64,000 bases of DNA. Source: Blepharisma stoltei ATCC 30299 (taxonomy: Eukaryota > Protista > Ciliophora). The stretch's first letter is position 1, and every line of letters begins with the position of its first letter. Under the pieces are notes generated by a model. It searched no databases. It had not been told where the DNA came from and was given only the letters and a program-made list of their open reading frames with translations. Below, piece by piece: positions 1 through 11,705 of the stretch. Position numbers and translations under genes: made by a program. Location: NCBI GenBank assembly GCA_965603825.1, contig CBFDEM010000031.1, positions 29,334-93,333 on the forward strand. Reading direction: 5' to 3'.

Positions 1-195
1 ATAGGATCAATGGTTAAGGCAATCAGTCATTCTTGATGCAAAGGACACATCTTGGGATTTGGAAAGCAGAGGCTTGTTGGCGGCTGCGAGCAGGTCCCGA
101 ATAGGGTTGAAGAGCTCAGAACTGTGACGGATTTCTGCAATCGTGGTCCTTCGAGAGTTGATGCCACCACGATTTGGGCTTTTTGCTTCTTCCAT
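1..195 (-). CDS. 5' part of a hypothetical protein (MEEAKSPNRGG...), running off the left edge of the window
   Basis: ATG at 195 follows an AT-rich leader. The ORF-track 'stop' at 7-9 is TGA (Trp here), so the frame stays open to position 1. Confidence 0.6.
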
Positions 196-842
196 TATAA
201 GGATTATTAGAAATTTAATAAGTTCAATGGATTTGGGTGCATATGAGATCATTAATAGTTGACACTTATGGACGGTTGAAAAGCATAATTTTAGCAGATT
301 AAAAAATAGGGAAAATTAACCAAATTTTTAAGGATAAAATTTACGAGATTTGAATTAATAGATAAAAGGATAATAAAGATATATCAACTAATAAAAATTT
401 TTGTGTAGAAATTGATTAAAATATGAGGGAAATTAATAGATGAAAGCTTAGCTGAGTTAATAATGCATAAGAGTCAAATACTAAAATAACTAAGAAAACT
501 TATTTATATTGATGATCCTTAAAAAAGACTCTCTCTTAATTACGATAGAAATCATATTGATTAAATAAATCTATAGGCTTCTTTTTAAGATTTTTAAGAA
601 AAATCTCTTTGGATGGTAAGTTCATTTGAGAGTGATTTTGCCATCTTAAATGCAAGGCAAGCATTTCAGAGATTTTACCTATATAAAGTCATTATTTTTA
701 GCCAATAAATGATTATAGTTACACCCTCTGAGTGACATTTAAAGATATAATAAAGTAAGCTCAAAAAACATATGCATAATTTCATTAATTTCTTTTAAAA
801 TCTCAATTAAAAATAGTGATATTTATTGCCTCTATTAAAGAA

Positions 843-2306
843 TTAATAAATTTTGCAGCCTTGAGGATATTTAAATGCAAATTGCTTAACTGCCTTACTC
901 AGCCCAACATATCCACTATGCATTAATCCAAAACTTCTGCCTGCGATTACACTCAATGATTCTTGGAAAACCTCAATTTCAAATTTATCACTGATATAAT
1001 AAGTGTCCCCATAAAAATTTGTATCGCCTCAGGCAGAACCCCATGGATTTATTTGTGCTCATCTGGGGTTCACAATTCCATATAAAGATATCGTTATTTT
1101 CGTCGTTGCGGAGAATGAATAAGAGCCTGAATTCGAGGGGATGCGGAAAATTACATAATTATTGTAATAGCTGCAGGATTGTGAGGTAATTCAAGTAGTC
1201 AGAGAACCTCCATCTTCCTGATAAGCAGCACTGCAAGGGATTGCTGTATTATTTGAATTAAAATCATATTGCTGAGGAAAAAGAATATAAAATGAATAAT
1301 CATTAGTCAAAGTGAGAGAAAAATCAAGGTAAAACTCAAAAAAATAGTCAGAAGTATCCCATAGATAATTATCAGAAAGGCTTACGGTTTTAATATCAAT
1401 CGCATTTGCGGGGAGTGAGTTTGTTGTGCTCATATCCGCATCGTTTCAATAAATTTTCAATTGGTTAGCTGAGTTAAAAATATAAAGACTAAAATGTATA
1501 TTGCTTAAATCAGGTGTCAATACATTTTTTATCGATAAATAGAATAAAGTTCCTGCGTTTATTGTATTAGTTACACCTGTTACGTTTAAATATCAATGTC
1601 CAGCTGTGCATTGAATGCTTCCTAATGTATCTGAACTACAGTCTACGTGATAAAAGTTTTGATCATTTCTATCCGTAATATCTAACTCTGCTGGCTCTGC
1701 AATTCATGGGTTAAAAACTCTATCAAATTTAATTAAAATATTGTCGCCTGGGTTCACATCAGCACTAGTAGCAAATATAAATCGAAAATTAGTCATATCC
1801 CCTATTGTTGGGTTATCTGCACTGATTCCCAAAACAGTGAAGGTATCAGCTACGCTTGCTCCAATCGTGACGATATTTGTATTGCTGGCATCTTCTGTTA
1901 TAGTAACCCCATTCCACGACGACGTCACTGAAAATCCTAATGCAGTGTCTCCAGGAGTTTGAGATGTGAAATCAAATATATTGTCAAAATAAAAAGTCAT
2001 AGTAGTATATGCAGGGATGCTCGACGAGGTATAGAGTTGAATTATTCCGCTACTTATTTCGCAATTAACATAATCTATATTGCTTCAACAGTTATCTTGT
2101 ATATTACCATTAGCTAAGATATAACTTGCAAAATCTGCCGCAATTACTATCATGCTGCCTGCTGGTAGTGCCTTAGTTAGACCGAATTTCATATAAAGGT
2201 CAACTTTTGATATACCTACATTGTTTGGGATAAATTCATAAAGAATAACACTTTCAATGATATTAAACAGTGAGAAAAGAAGCACTGGGAGTAGAGAAGG
2301 CATCAT
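843..2306 (-). CDS. Secreted three-module beta-rich protein, family copy A1 (487 aa)
   Basis: ORFs 2085-2306, 1704-2000 and 1191-1433 share one frame, interrupted only by TGA; the first TAA is at 843-845. Hydrophobic signal peptide MMPSLLPVLLFSLF. Paralogous to 2350-3798, 5167-6618 and 55969-57429. Confidence 0.85.
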
Positions 2307-2349
2307 TTTTTGACCTTATAATTTATAGATGAATTAACTTTTAAAAATA

Positions 2350-3798
2350 TTAAGAAATATAATAACTCCCTTTGCTGACAAATTGGAAAATTTTGTTTGG
2401 CTTGCTAAGCCCTGTGTACACATTATGATGCATTTCTCAACTTTTGGCAATTGATTTCGCTATGCTTGGGTCGAAAATTTCTATATCAAATTTTCCTGAA
2501 ACATAATCATCGTCTTCTATATTGGGATTTTCCCAGCTTGCAAATCCAGTGTTTTTGCAAGCATATTTGGGATTTATGATACTATCAATCGCTACTTTTA
2601 GTCTCATATTACTTGTAAATTGCCTTGTATTTTCTGGAGGCACCCAAATCGCAATGTATTTATTATCATAATTGCAATCGCTTAAAAAAACCCAAAAAAT
2701 TTCTTTGTCAGGGGTTTGGGAGGACTCATCAAAATATGTGAGATTACAGGTAAAAGGTGGATTTATGGCGAAATTATATTGCTGAGGGAATAGCACAAGA
2801 ATATAATAATTTCCAAGGTTCATGCTACCTACGTAAAATTCAAATTCATATTTCGCTGCATTTAATAAATGGTTATCTGAAACTCGCAGGCTTTTAAAAT
2901 CAATATAGCCAGAAGGAAAATCATTATTTATTGTAAAGCCTACAGCATCTGTATAACTTTGAACGTCATCATTAGTGTCTAATATAAAATACTTCACTAA
3001 AAAATACCCAAACACAGGAGTCCATAAATTCTCTAACGTGAAATCAATAATATTACCTGCTAGAACAGTTTTGCTTATTCCAGTAATAATCAAATACCAA
3101 TGTTTTGCTATACAAGAAATATCGCCTAACGTATCCGAATGGCATCCTACATAATATAAACTTTTCTTATCACCAGCTATATTCAGATTTTTTGGCTCAC
3201 AAATCCATGAGCTAACTTTTCTGCCAAAATTAACTACAATTTTATATCCTGGATTTATATCACTATCTGAGGTTAGCTTAAAAACATAATTAGAAATCGC
3301 TCCAGGGGTCATAATATCAAATACAATCTGCCAGTTATGGGTTGAATACGCATTTGCAGTCTTTATAGTGACCGTATTAGAGCTGCTAAAGTCTTGAGCT
3401 ATATCTACACCTAGTCATGATGCTGTTACAGTAAAACCAGGATGAGTTCCTGCTGCTGTCAAAGATAGCGATATAGCGGCATCTAAATAAATTTCAATAA
3501 TTTTATTTGGAGGAATTTCAACAGATGTTTGGAATTGGACTTGGCCATTATATTGGCATCAGAGATAGTCAAAGTTGCATCAGCATTTATCGGGTATTAA
3601 AGAGTAGGGGTATTGCCACATAGCAAAAGACTGATGGATTGTAATTACGGTCTTTGCTGGGAGTCGTATAGGGTAAGCAAAATGGAGATAAATATCACCA
3701 TTAGGAGCTCCTGAGACCGCTGGAAAAATTTCAGAGTAGATCATTGGATTAATCAGCTTAAGGAAGCTGAAAAAGACTGTGAGATTAATAAATTTCAT
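2350..3798 (-). CDS. Secreted three-module beta-rich protein, family copy A2 (482 aa)
   Basis: ORFs 3580-3798 and 2437-3312 are in frame and joined through TGA codons; TAA at 2350-2352. Signal peptide present. Shared motifs include SDNHL, FPQQY, NP and S(G/D)KF(D/E)I. Confidence 0.85.
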
Positions 3799-4469
3799 AT
3801 ATTAATTAATCCATTTATCAATAAATAACTTAGGCAAGCAATCCTTAGCCGTTTCATATAGAAATTAGTGTGAATTACAGGCTTAAACGACGCGGAAAAA
3901 TACAATTTCTTATGTCCTTAATAATGGTAAATTTTATACTTTTCATCTATGAGAATAAATACGAGAATTCTAAAACAGCCAAATTCTGATTTTATTTTGT
4001 TAGCTCACACTGCCGCTACTTAACAATCTAGAGATTTCGTTAGAATTTTATGTCTATTTCAAATTTACCTGAGTAAATTCTTATTATGCTTTTACCCTGC
4101 ACCTTTATATTTTTTAAGCCTCTTATATAATAATTTAAATATATAATAGCGATTAATGAAAATATATCGTAATCCATCAAATTATAAGAAAAATCAATAT
4201 CCTGCTATTTACTAAGTCAAATTTTCAAGTAAATATCACTTTTTACTGAGATAATTAAAGAAAACTATGACACCTTAAGCAGGCTTGGCTTATTTAGAGC
4301 TCTAAAATTTAATGGATTAAGACTCTACTTCAGCTGAATTTTCCATCTATTTTTTTCTTATAAAAATATTTATTTAATCATATTGAGAATTAAAAAAAAA
4401 GAAAACTCAATTGTTCATTTTTATTACTGATACATAGAATAGATTATAATAACTTACAAAAAGAGCAAT

Positions 4470-5042
4470 ATTAAGAAATGTGAAAACTCCCTTTGCTAGC
4501 TGAAAACTTTTGTTCCTTTTTTAAATCCGAGGTATACACTATGAAGTAGTCCTCAACTTTTGGCAATTGATTTTGCTAAGCTTGGGTGAAAATTTTTTAT
4601 TTCAAGCTTTCCTGAAATATATAATGGCAGGCTTTATCGAAATCATATTGTCTAAATCTTGAGCTATTGTCACGCCTGATCATGATGTTGTTACTGTAAA
4701 TCCAGGGTAGCTGCCTGAGACGTGATGCCTAAATGGAGAGCGATAAATAAATTTCAATAATTTTATTTTTTGGTATTTCTACAGATTTTGCAATTGAAGA
4801 TTCCTATAAATTGGCATGTAGCATAATCAAATTTGCATTAACAATTGTCTTCTATTTGGTCATTTGAGCATTGAACAAATGACTGTTATATTATAATCAC
4901 ATATTTGCAGAAGTCTTATAAGGTAAGCAAAATAAATATCAGCACTAGCAGTGCCAGAGCTGTATGGTGAAATCTCAGAATAAATTATTTATTCAATAAG
5001 ACATGAGAAACTGAAAAAGACGGTAAGATCAATAAATTTCAT
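4470..5042 (-). pseudogene. Internally deleted pseudogene of family copy A2
   Basis: Starts MKFIDLTVFFSFSCLIE* (A2 has MKFINLTVFFSFLKL). Premature TAA and frameshifts; the N-terminal part joins directly to the C-terminal SGKLEI...AKS segment. Confidence 0.8.
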
Positions 5043-5166
5043 TCATTTCAAGATAATTTATGCCCAAAAATCGTTAATAAAATAGATGATTAAATTAATT
5101 TACTTTTCATTAAGCAGAGACTAACATGAAAATTTTAATTTTAATTAAAAAATAAAAATTTAGTAC

Positions 5167-6618
5167 CTATGGACAATACTTAAATTTGCCAATGAACTCG
5201 AAAGTTTGATTTGATTTTATAAAACTCACATAACCATTATGAACCAGCCCATAGGTTTTGGCTAAAAATCCTATCCCTGAAGAGTTTAAGATGCCTATCT
5301 CGAACTTATCTGAATAATAGCTTGTCTTATCAGAATCTCAATATCCTGGAGAAGTTTTGAATCCTCATTGAGGGTTTATAACTCCTTTTATTACAACTTT
5401 GATTCTGTGTCATCTAGAAAATGTTTTTCCAAGCCCTTCTGGTATCATAAATCTGATATAATTATTATAATATAGGCATGAAGATTCAGCTAATGTAATT
5501 CAAGGAATTTCATATAAAGGGTCTTCTAGTTCATCAAAATATGAAGAAAAACATGTCAAGGTCGCGTTGTTTTTTGCTAAATTAAATTGCCAAGGGAAAC
5601 TAAATAAAATTTCTCTTTTCTCTGGCACTGAAATTTCACCTACAAAAAATTGAAACTCATAGTCAGAAATTGACAATAAATGGTTATCAGAAACAATTAT
5701 TGATTTCAATTCAATAATATTCTGTGAATAAACCAATTTTGCATTGACGCCTATATTACTGTGTGCTTGCAAATAGGTATTATTATCTAAAATATATGTC
5801 CAGAATCTAAAATTATATGTCCCAGGGAGATAAGGAACAATTACATTTTTTATGGTGATATTAAGCCATGCCCCACTGTCAATAAAATTTTCTATGTTTT
5901 TGGCCATTAGTCACCAATGATTTGCAGTGCATGTAATATTTCCTAAATTTTTTGAGGAACAGCCTATATAGTGAGAATTTTGGGAATTTTTAGGAATAAT
6001 GTCCAATTCTTTGGCTTCAGCTATTCATGGATTGAAAGCCCTGTCAAATTTTATTCACAATTGGTAGCCAGGATAAACTTTTATATTAGAAGCGAGCGCA
6101 TATACAAAATCTGAAGATTCACCTGTATTATGAAATTTGGTTCCTATGGTAAGGCTTCTAAAAACTCCTAAGGAGTTTGGAAGGACTGTAAAAATATTAG
6201 TGCTACTATCATCATACGTAATTATGACGCCATTTCATGATGATATTATTGAAAATCCTGGATAATCGCCTGGAGATCAGGGTAAGTTTAAGCAATCATC
6301 TAAATAAATTTCTATTTTTGTCCCTGATATAATTTTAGCTGAAGTAGTTATTGCTATATTCCCATCATTTGTTTTGATGCAGGATAAATAATTTATGTTT
6401 GACCAACAGTAGTCATTTATATGTCCCACATTATGATTTCACGAGGAAAAGCCAGGTTTTATAGAAATAATACTGTTAGGAGGGATAGAGTTTGGAAATG
6501 CAAAAGATAGATAAAGGTCGACGTTTGATACACCTGCGCCATTTGGGAAAACTTCATAGTTGATTTTTCCTATACATTTGTGGGAAAATTCGAGCAAAAA
6601 TAATAAAAGGATTGCCAT
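5167..6618 (-). CDS. Secreted three-module beta-rich protein, family copy A3 (483 aa)
   Basis: ATG at 6618 (MAILLLFLLEFSHKCIGKINYEVFPNGAGVSNVDLY). Open with UGA=Trp to TAG at 5167-5169; includes ORF 5500-5907. Confidence 0.85.
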
Positions 6619-7357
6619 ATATATATTATAAAAAAATAATCATAAATTATTTAGAAACTGGATATTTTGGGTAATATAGCCCCTGCTTTGGATCAGACGA
6701 TAACCCTGCTTTGGTAAGAAAGAATAGGTATTTGGGTGACAACTTAGGTTGAAAGTGAAGCGGCCAGCAGAATTATATGACCAATTACTGAGAAACTGGG
6801 ATTTCTGCCCGAGCTCAAGACAGGCATTAAATTTTAGAATGGGGAAATTAAAAACCTTGCTGACAATTAATATAAATTAATCTAATTATTTTAATTAAAA
6901 ATTGACTATCAATAGTAATTTTAAGCCGATCGCAATAAATTGGATGTGAATGCTATTAAGTCATTCGGCTTATTTCCTAATTATGCAGAAATAGGATTTG
7001 AATGTTTAAAATTTCATAGAAACTAATTTCAATTAATTTAATAAATTATATACTGCGCAAAAACGGTCGCAATAACGCAAATGACGCAAAAAGAGATTAC
7101 GACAAGAAAATATTATTTAAGACAGACTTCTTAAATATCTGAATTTTTAATTAAATTAAAATTTACAAATAAAGAAAAGATCTCCAAATCTTTAATAGCT
7201 TTTAAGTTCTAATAGGGAAGGATTATTAGCAATATTGTAAAATTCCACAAAATTTCTACTTAAAATATGCAATAGAATAAATAATGCATTTAATATTTTT
7301 ATAAAATAAAACATGAAATTAATTCTTACTTAAAAATCTTATTGATTTTTATAGCAA

Positions 7358-8455
7358 TTAAGTCTGCTCATAAAGGATTTTATAAGTGTTTTTCCTCCTT
7401 GCATTATTTTTGGGTTTCACAACTATTTGTTGTGTTTTATCAGCCTCTTCCTTTCTTTTTTTGTCATCTTCTATTATTTTTAAATTTTCAAGCTGCTGCT
7501 TTTGCCTTAACTCTATATTTTTTATAAGCTCTTTAGCTTCTTGCAGCGCTTTCTCATCCTTTTTCATTAAATCATCATATTTTCTCATATCAATGCCTTC
7601 CTTTCCTGGCTTCACCTCTATCTCATCTTTCCTAGGCGTTTTCTTTTCCTCAGGATTTTCTTCACTTTTCTGAGTTTTTTTATCCCTAAAATCCATTTCT
7701 AGCGAGTCAGAGTTCAAGGTGTCTTTTTTCGCATATATTTTCCTCTCCACAGCTATTTCTGGGTCATTTTTGTCAATAATATTTATGAATTTCTGGTTGG
7801 GGCTTCCAAAATTTCCATTGATGTCTCCATATCTTTCAAAGTCCACATCTTCTTCAGGGGTTTTATTGTACTGGTCTATATTATTATAATGCCTATTTAC
7901 TAAACTGAATTTTTCAGCTGCAATGTGTTTAAAAGTTTCCCTTCTCATTTTGGCTAATTTTGCATTTTCTAATTCTTCATTTGTTGTTGAATTATATTTT
8001 ATTGATGGTTTTGGCTTAATAATTCTTTTGCTTTCTTGTAGAATTGCTCTTTTGTCTTTCATTAAAGGCGACAATTGAGGCTGAGGTGAATAAGAAGCGC
8101 TATTTTTTAAAGTTTTGGAATGAATTGGTGGGAGTTCTAGCTTGTAAGCTGAATCGGAATGCTCTAATAAAGGCAAAAGCTTTGAAGATTTAGATTTTAC
8201 TATAGGAGAAGCCAAAGATGATTTGCTATAGGCTCTGCCTCTGTAATCTTGAGTTGGGTCTAGCTCTTGATTTGAATTTAAGATGACTTGCTTGTGAGTT
8301 GGGCTTGAGAGAAATTGCAGCTCTGAGCGAAGACGCTTGTTTTCTGCTTTTACCTGCTCCAGTTCTTCTATGGCTTTTAAATAAGCTATTTTTTTGAGGT
8401 TTTCGTTTTCTCTTTGTATGTCTATCATGTCTTGACGAAGTTTTTCAATACTCAT
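7358..8455 (-). CDS. Hypothetical coiled-coil, charged protein (365 aa)
   Basis: Long ORF ending in a true TAA; N- and C-terminal heptad-like E/K/L-rich segments. Confidence 0.75.
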   Translation of the reverse strand: MSIEKLRQDMIDIQRENENLKKIAYLKAIEELEQVKAENKRLRSELQFLSSPTHKQVILNSNQELDPTQDYRGRAYSKSSLASPIVKSKSSKLLPLLEHSDSAYKLELPPIHSKTLKNSASYSPQPQLSPLMKDKRAILQESKRIIKPKPSIKYNSTTNEELENAKLAKMRRETFKHIAAEKFSLVNRHYNNIDQYNKTPEEDVDFERYGDINGNFGSPNQKFINIIDKNDPEIAVERKIYAKKDTLNSDSLEMDFRDKKTQKSEENPEEKKTPRKDEIEVKPGKEGIDMRKYDDLMKKDEKALQEAKELIKNIELRQKQQLENLKIIEDDKKRKEEADKTQQIVVKPKNNARRKNTYKILYEQT

Positions 8456-8791
8456 TATTTGTTTGTAGATTTTACTTTTAGGTTATTTTTTTCAAAAAAC
8501 TTTAATATTAGAATTATAAAATCTTGAATTTAGAGATAAAAATTAAAATGAGTAATTATAAAAATTGTTTTTAATAATTTTAGAAATATAAATATTATGT
8601 GGTTATATAAGAAAAATATGGGAATATAAAAAGATAATAATAAATTATTATCATAGAATTCAGCCTCTCGCAATGAATTTGCATTTTTTAGGCGTATTTA
8701 AATCTATATTTAAATAATTTAATACTTAGCTAATAGAAAATATTTAAGCAATTATTGCTGGTATAAAGCTGTTCCATTTTTAGCCAATAAA

Positions 8792-9502
8792 ATGTCACCA
8801 ATCATCCTTCTTATCTTAGGCTTAGCTAGCAGTTCCACCCAAGAATGTGATGACCCTACTCGCCATATCACTGAAGACATCGTCATGTCCAGATCCAAGA
8901 AAAAAGGCTGCGAATATAATAATGCAGGGCCAGCTGACTACTATGTATTATCTCTCCAATGGAAACCTTCTTCTGACTGTGCCAAAACTGACTCCTGTGC
9001 TCCTGGCTACCTAACCCAAGATTTTAGTATCCATGGTCTATGGCCAAACCGTTTGGATGGCAATCATCCTTTCTGCTGTCATCCAACTGATCACTTTGTG
9101 CCAAGCCAAGACCTCGAAAAGGAGCTTGTGAAGTATTGGCAGTCTTTTAAAGACGACCAACTTTCTTTTTGGGACCACGAATGGGCAAAGCATGGGACCT
9201 GCTCACTATTTAAGACTCCTGAAGACTATTTCAGAGGCGGACTCATGCTATTCAAACAAGTCGACCCAGAAGGGATTTTTAATAAATTTGATATTCAGCC
9301 TGGGGAAAGCCATAATGTAAAAGAATATATCGATGCCTTAGGAGATGACGCATATCCTGTGTGCAGGCGTGATAAGCAGACAGGAGAGACTATCCTTTCA
9401 GAAGTAAGATACTGCTTCGATTTCGCAGGAAAGCTAATAATTTGTCAGAAGAGAGAGGAGTATAGCTGCAGAAATGGCAAAGAAATCAAGTTTAGGGCTT
9501 AA
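8792..9502 (+). CDS. Secreted ribonuclease T2 family protein
   Basis: Signal peptide; CAS I FSIHGLWP and CAS II FWDHEWAKHGTC with the catalytic His residues; conserved Cys pattern. Confidence 0.95.
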   Translation: MSPIILLILGLASSSTQECDDPTRHITEDIVMSRSKKKGCEYNNAGPADYYVLSLQWKPSSDCAKTDSCAPGYLTQDFSIHGLWPNRLDGNHPFCCHPTDHFVPSQDLEKELVKYWQSFKDDQLSFWDHEWAKHGTCSLFKTPEDYFRGGLMLFKQVDPEGIFNKFDIQPGESHNVKEYIDALGDDAYPVCRRDKQTGETILSEVRYCFDFAGKLIICQKREEYSCRNGKEIKFRA

Positions 9503-9555
9503 TTATATAAGCGTTTAACTTAAATGAGAATAAATAAAAATCTAAAAATAACCAT

Positions 9556-10056
9556 ATGGCTGCAACTTCGACGTTCCTATCAAGACACATTGTTTCTTTT
9601 GGCTTTACTATAGGATTTGCAGCTGGATTTCCACTCACTTGGTTTCTTCCTGAAAAATTCTATCAAAAAATCCTTCCTTATTTCACTGTCAGATTTATTG
9701 AAGCCAAAATAACTTATGAACCTCCTAAGAAAAAAGCCAAAGCGCCTGATGATGTTTTAGATACAAACTTAGACGAAATTTTAGATAGACTGGAATACGT
9801 AGACGAGCATGATGAAGAATGGGACAATTATGTCGAGCTTCAAGAAAAAGTCGTCCAAATGATATCAGATAAAGATGAGAAATGGATTCTATTAAAGCAG
9901 AAAAAGTCTAGTGGCCACGAAGGGTCAACGAAGTATGACGATTATGAAGCTTTTAAGAGGATTCAGCAAAAAATGAAGGAAGATGAAGTCAAGCGGAGGA
10001 GAGAAAGAGCCTCAAAAAGAAACACAGATGAAAAGCCTATAGAAAATAAAAAATAA
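9556..10056 (+). CDS. Hypothetical protein with an N-terminal hydrophobic segment (166 aa)
   Basis: Complete ATG-TAA ORF; IVSFGFTIGFAAGFPLTWFL is a likely TM helix, followed by a charged tail. Confidence 0.7.
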   Translation: MAATSTFLSRHIVSFGFTIGFAAGFPLTWFLPEKFYQKILPYFTVRFIEAKITYEPPKKKAKAPDDVLDTNLDEILDRLEYVDEHDEEWDNYVELQEKVVQMISDKDEKWILLKQKKSSGHEGSTKYDDYEAFKRIQQKMKEDEVKRRRERASKRNTDEKPIENKK

Positions 10057-10058
10057 TT

Positions 10059-10156
10059 AAATGTTCCTTCAATACAGCTATTGTGCATCAAAGATTGATT
10101 TCTGCACGCTCTATCTCCTCTGGCTACAAAGCCACAGGTTCGAACTGGCGCAGTCA
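10059..10156 (-). ncRNA. Candidate box H/ACA snoRNA
   Basis: Hairpin 1 has a CUGCGC/GUGCAG lower stem, a 9+9-nt internal pocket and a CCU.UGGCU/AGCCA.AGG upper stem. It is followed by H box AAAUCA (10096-10101), hairpin 2 (CUUUGAUGCA/UGUAUUGAAG), then ACA (10062-10064) plus UUU. The pocket lies 15 nt from the H box. Confidence 0.7.
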
Positions 10157-10215
10157 TATTTAATTATAATCCATATAAACCAAAATCTACCTCATACAAA
10201 TATCATTTATTTAAA

Positions 10216-10806
10216 TTAAATTTCTGGGCATTTGGGGCAATCCGCATAAATTTTTCCTTCCTTCGCTGCTTCTTCAACACACTCTGAGTGAAAAAAGGAC
10301 CCACACTTATCACAATAGCTATATTGCTTATCGGGGTTGAATATTTGGTTGCATATACAGACCTTCATTCAGTCTTTTATAGGAGGTTCGAGCTGCCGAG
10401 TCTTTGTATTCCATTTGGCTCTGGAAAAGAAAATGTTTTCTTCTCAATAGTCTTCTTGATAATAAGTTTGGAATTCTAATACTAATACTTTGCCTTCAAT
10501 GGACTCTATATCGATAGTTTGGACTAAATTTGAATCAAATAGCTCAGCTTCGCTGAAAATTTCTGTGTTTTCGAATAGATCTTTGGGTTTGAAATAGGCA
10601 CGGATTTCAGCCTTGGGCTTGCCTCGACGTTGGTGCCATCAGATTCGTTCTATTGTGCCGTAAGAATATTCGTTTTCATTAACAAGTATTTGGACAGTGT
10701 CCCCAACACAAAATTCAGTGTCTTTGATCCTGACTTTTTGATATTCTTTTTTAGGCTCTCCTGAGGATTTTTTAGCTAAATTCTTGCGTTGTACTTGATC
10801 ATTCAT
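10216..10806 (-). CDS. BAH-PHD chromatin reader, EBS/SHL-like (196 aa); absent from the ORF track
   Basis: With UGA=Trp it reads as a BAH domain (FCVGDTVQIL...YGTIERIW...AYFKPKD...ELFDS...IESIEGKV) followed by a C4HC3 PHD finger (CICNQIFNPD...CDKC...FHSEC...CPKC); TAA at 10216. Confidence 0.88.
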
Positions 10807-10947
10807 TTTTATAGCCCCATTTTAATTAAAATAATAATTAATTTGTTTACCCAGCATATGATTTCATACGATTTACAAAGCCAAAAAGTAATACATATGG
10901 CTGAAATAGCTTAAATTAAAATTTGGTGCAATTATAATAACAAAGAA

Positions 10948-11490
10948 ATGGCAGAAGCTAAAAGGATGCCTTTTTGGGTAATTTTTGGAGTTTATCCAGT
11001 CCTCTTGGCCTTTATTCTTTGGCTTTATCAACAAGTTTATTTTTTGCCTGTCCAAATTCCTCCCAAATTCTTAAGCTCAAAGTCTACTCTTGAATTAGCT
11101 ATAAAATGCTCAGCAATTAGCACAATCCCAATATTTTACTTAATAATCATAGTAATGCTCTGCAGAATTTTAACAGCTGCAGGTAATGTATTAAAGGAAT
11201 ATCAAGGAATCTGGTTTAAAGTCCATTCTATGTGTCTTCAAAATACATTAGAGCAGAACTTTTTATTTGCCGTCAATCTGATAGCTATAGGGGCATTTGA
11301 AGGTCTTGCCCCAGAAAAAATTGTCCTTGTGACAGGAATTTATATAGTTTCTAGAGTCTTGTTTTACCTTGGATATATAGCTGCTGGGTATACTGGGATT
11401 CCTGCATTTAGGTCAGTCTGGATGATGCTGACTTTTGTTAACAACGGATTTTTGTTGTGGATCAACGTGAAAACCATTTTCAAACTCTAG
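10948..11490 (+). CDS. MAPEG-superfamily/TMEM79-like multi-pass membrane protein
   Basis: 4-5 hydrophobic helices; MAPEG-type motifs LQNTLEQ and SRVLFYLGY. Confidence 0.75.
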   Translation: MAEAKRMPFWVIFGVYPVLLAFILWLYQQVYFLPVQIPPKFLSSKSTLELAIKCSAISTIPIFYLIIIVMLCRILTAAGNVLKEYQGIWFKVHSMCLQNTLEQNFLFAVNLIAIGAFEGLAPEKIVLVTGIYIVSRVLFYLGYIAAGYTGIPAFRSVWMMLTFVNNGFLLWINVKTIFKL

Positions 11491-11705
11491 GCAATAATAA
11501 TTAAGACATCATAAGCCTAAATTCCTTAATAAATTCATTATTAATTGAGTAAAATCTTATTGACTATTTATAGAAAGTCTTATTTGAATAGATCACCCTG
11601 TAAAAAATTAGGCTTCTTTATTAATAAGTCTTATATTGAAGAATATCTTAAAATGCTTTTAAATAAAGGGGGATCTTAAAATGACAATTAAGAAAATATA
11701 TAAGG

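Noticed and set aside
9963-10157. 64-aa minus-strand ORF, or a SECIS element in the BAH-PHD 3' flank
   Set aside because: The ORF overlaps the 9556 gene antisense and resembles nothing I recognise. The UGAN/NGAN quartet is out of register with the stem. An H/ACA fold fits better.
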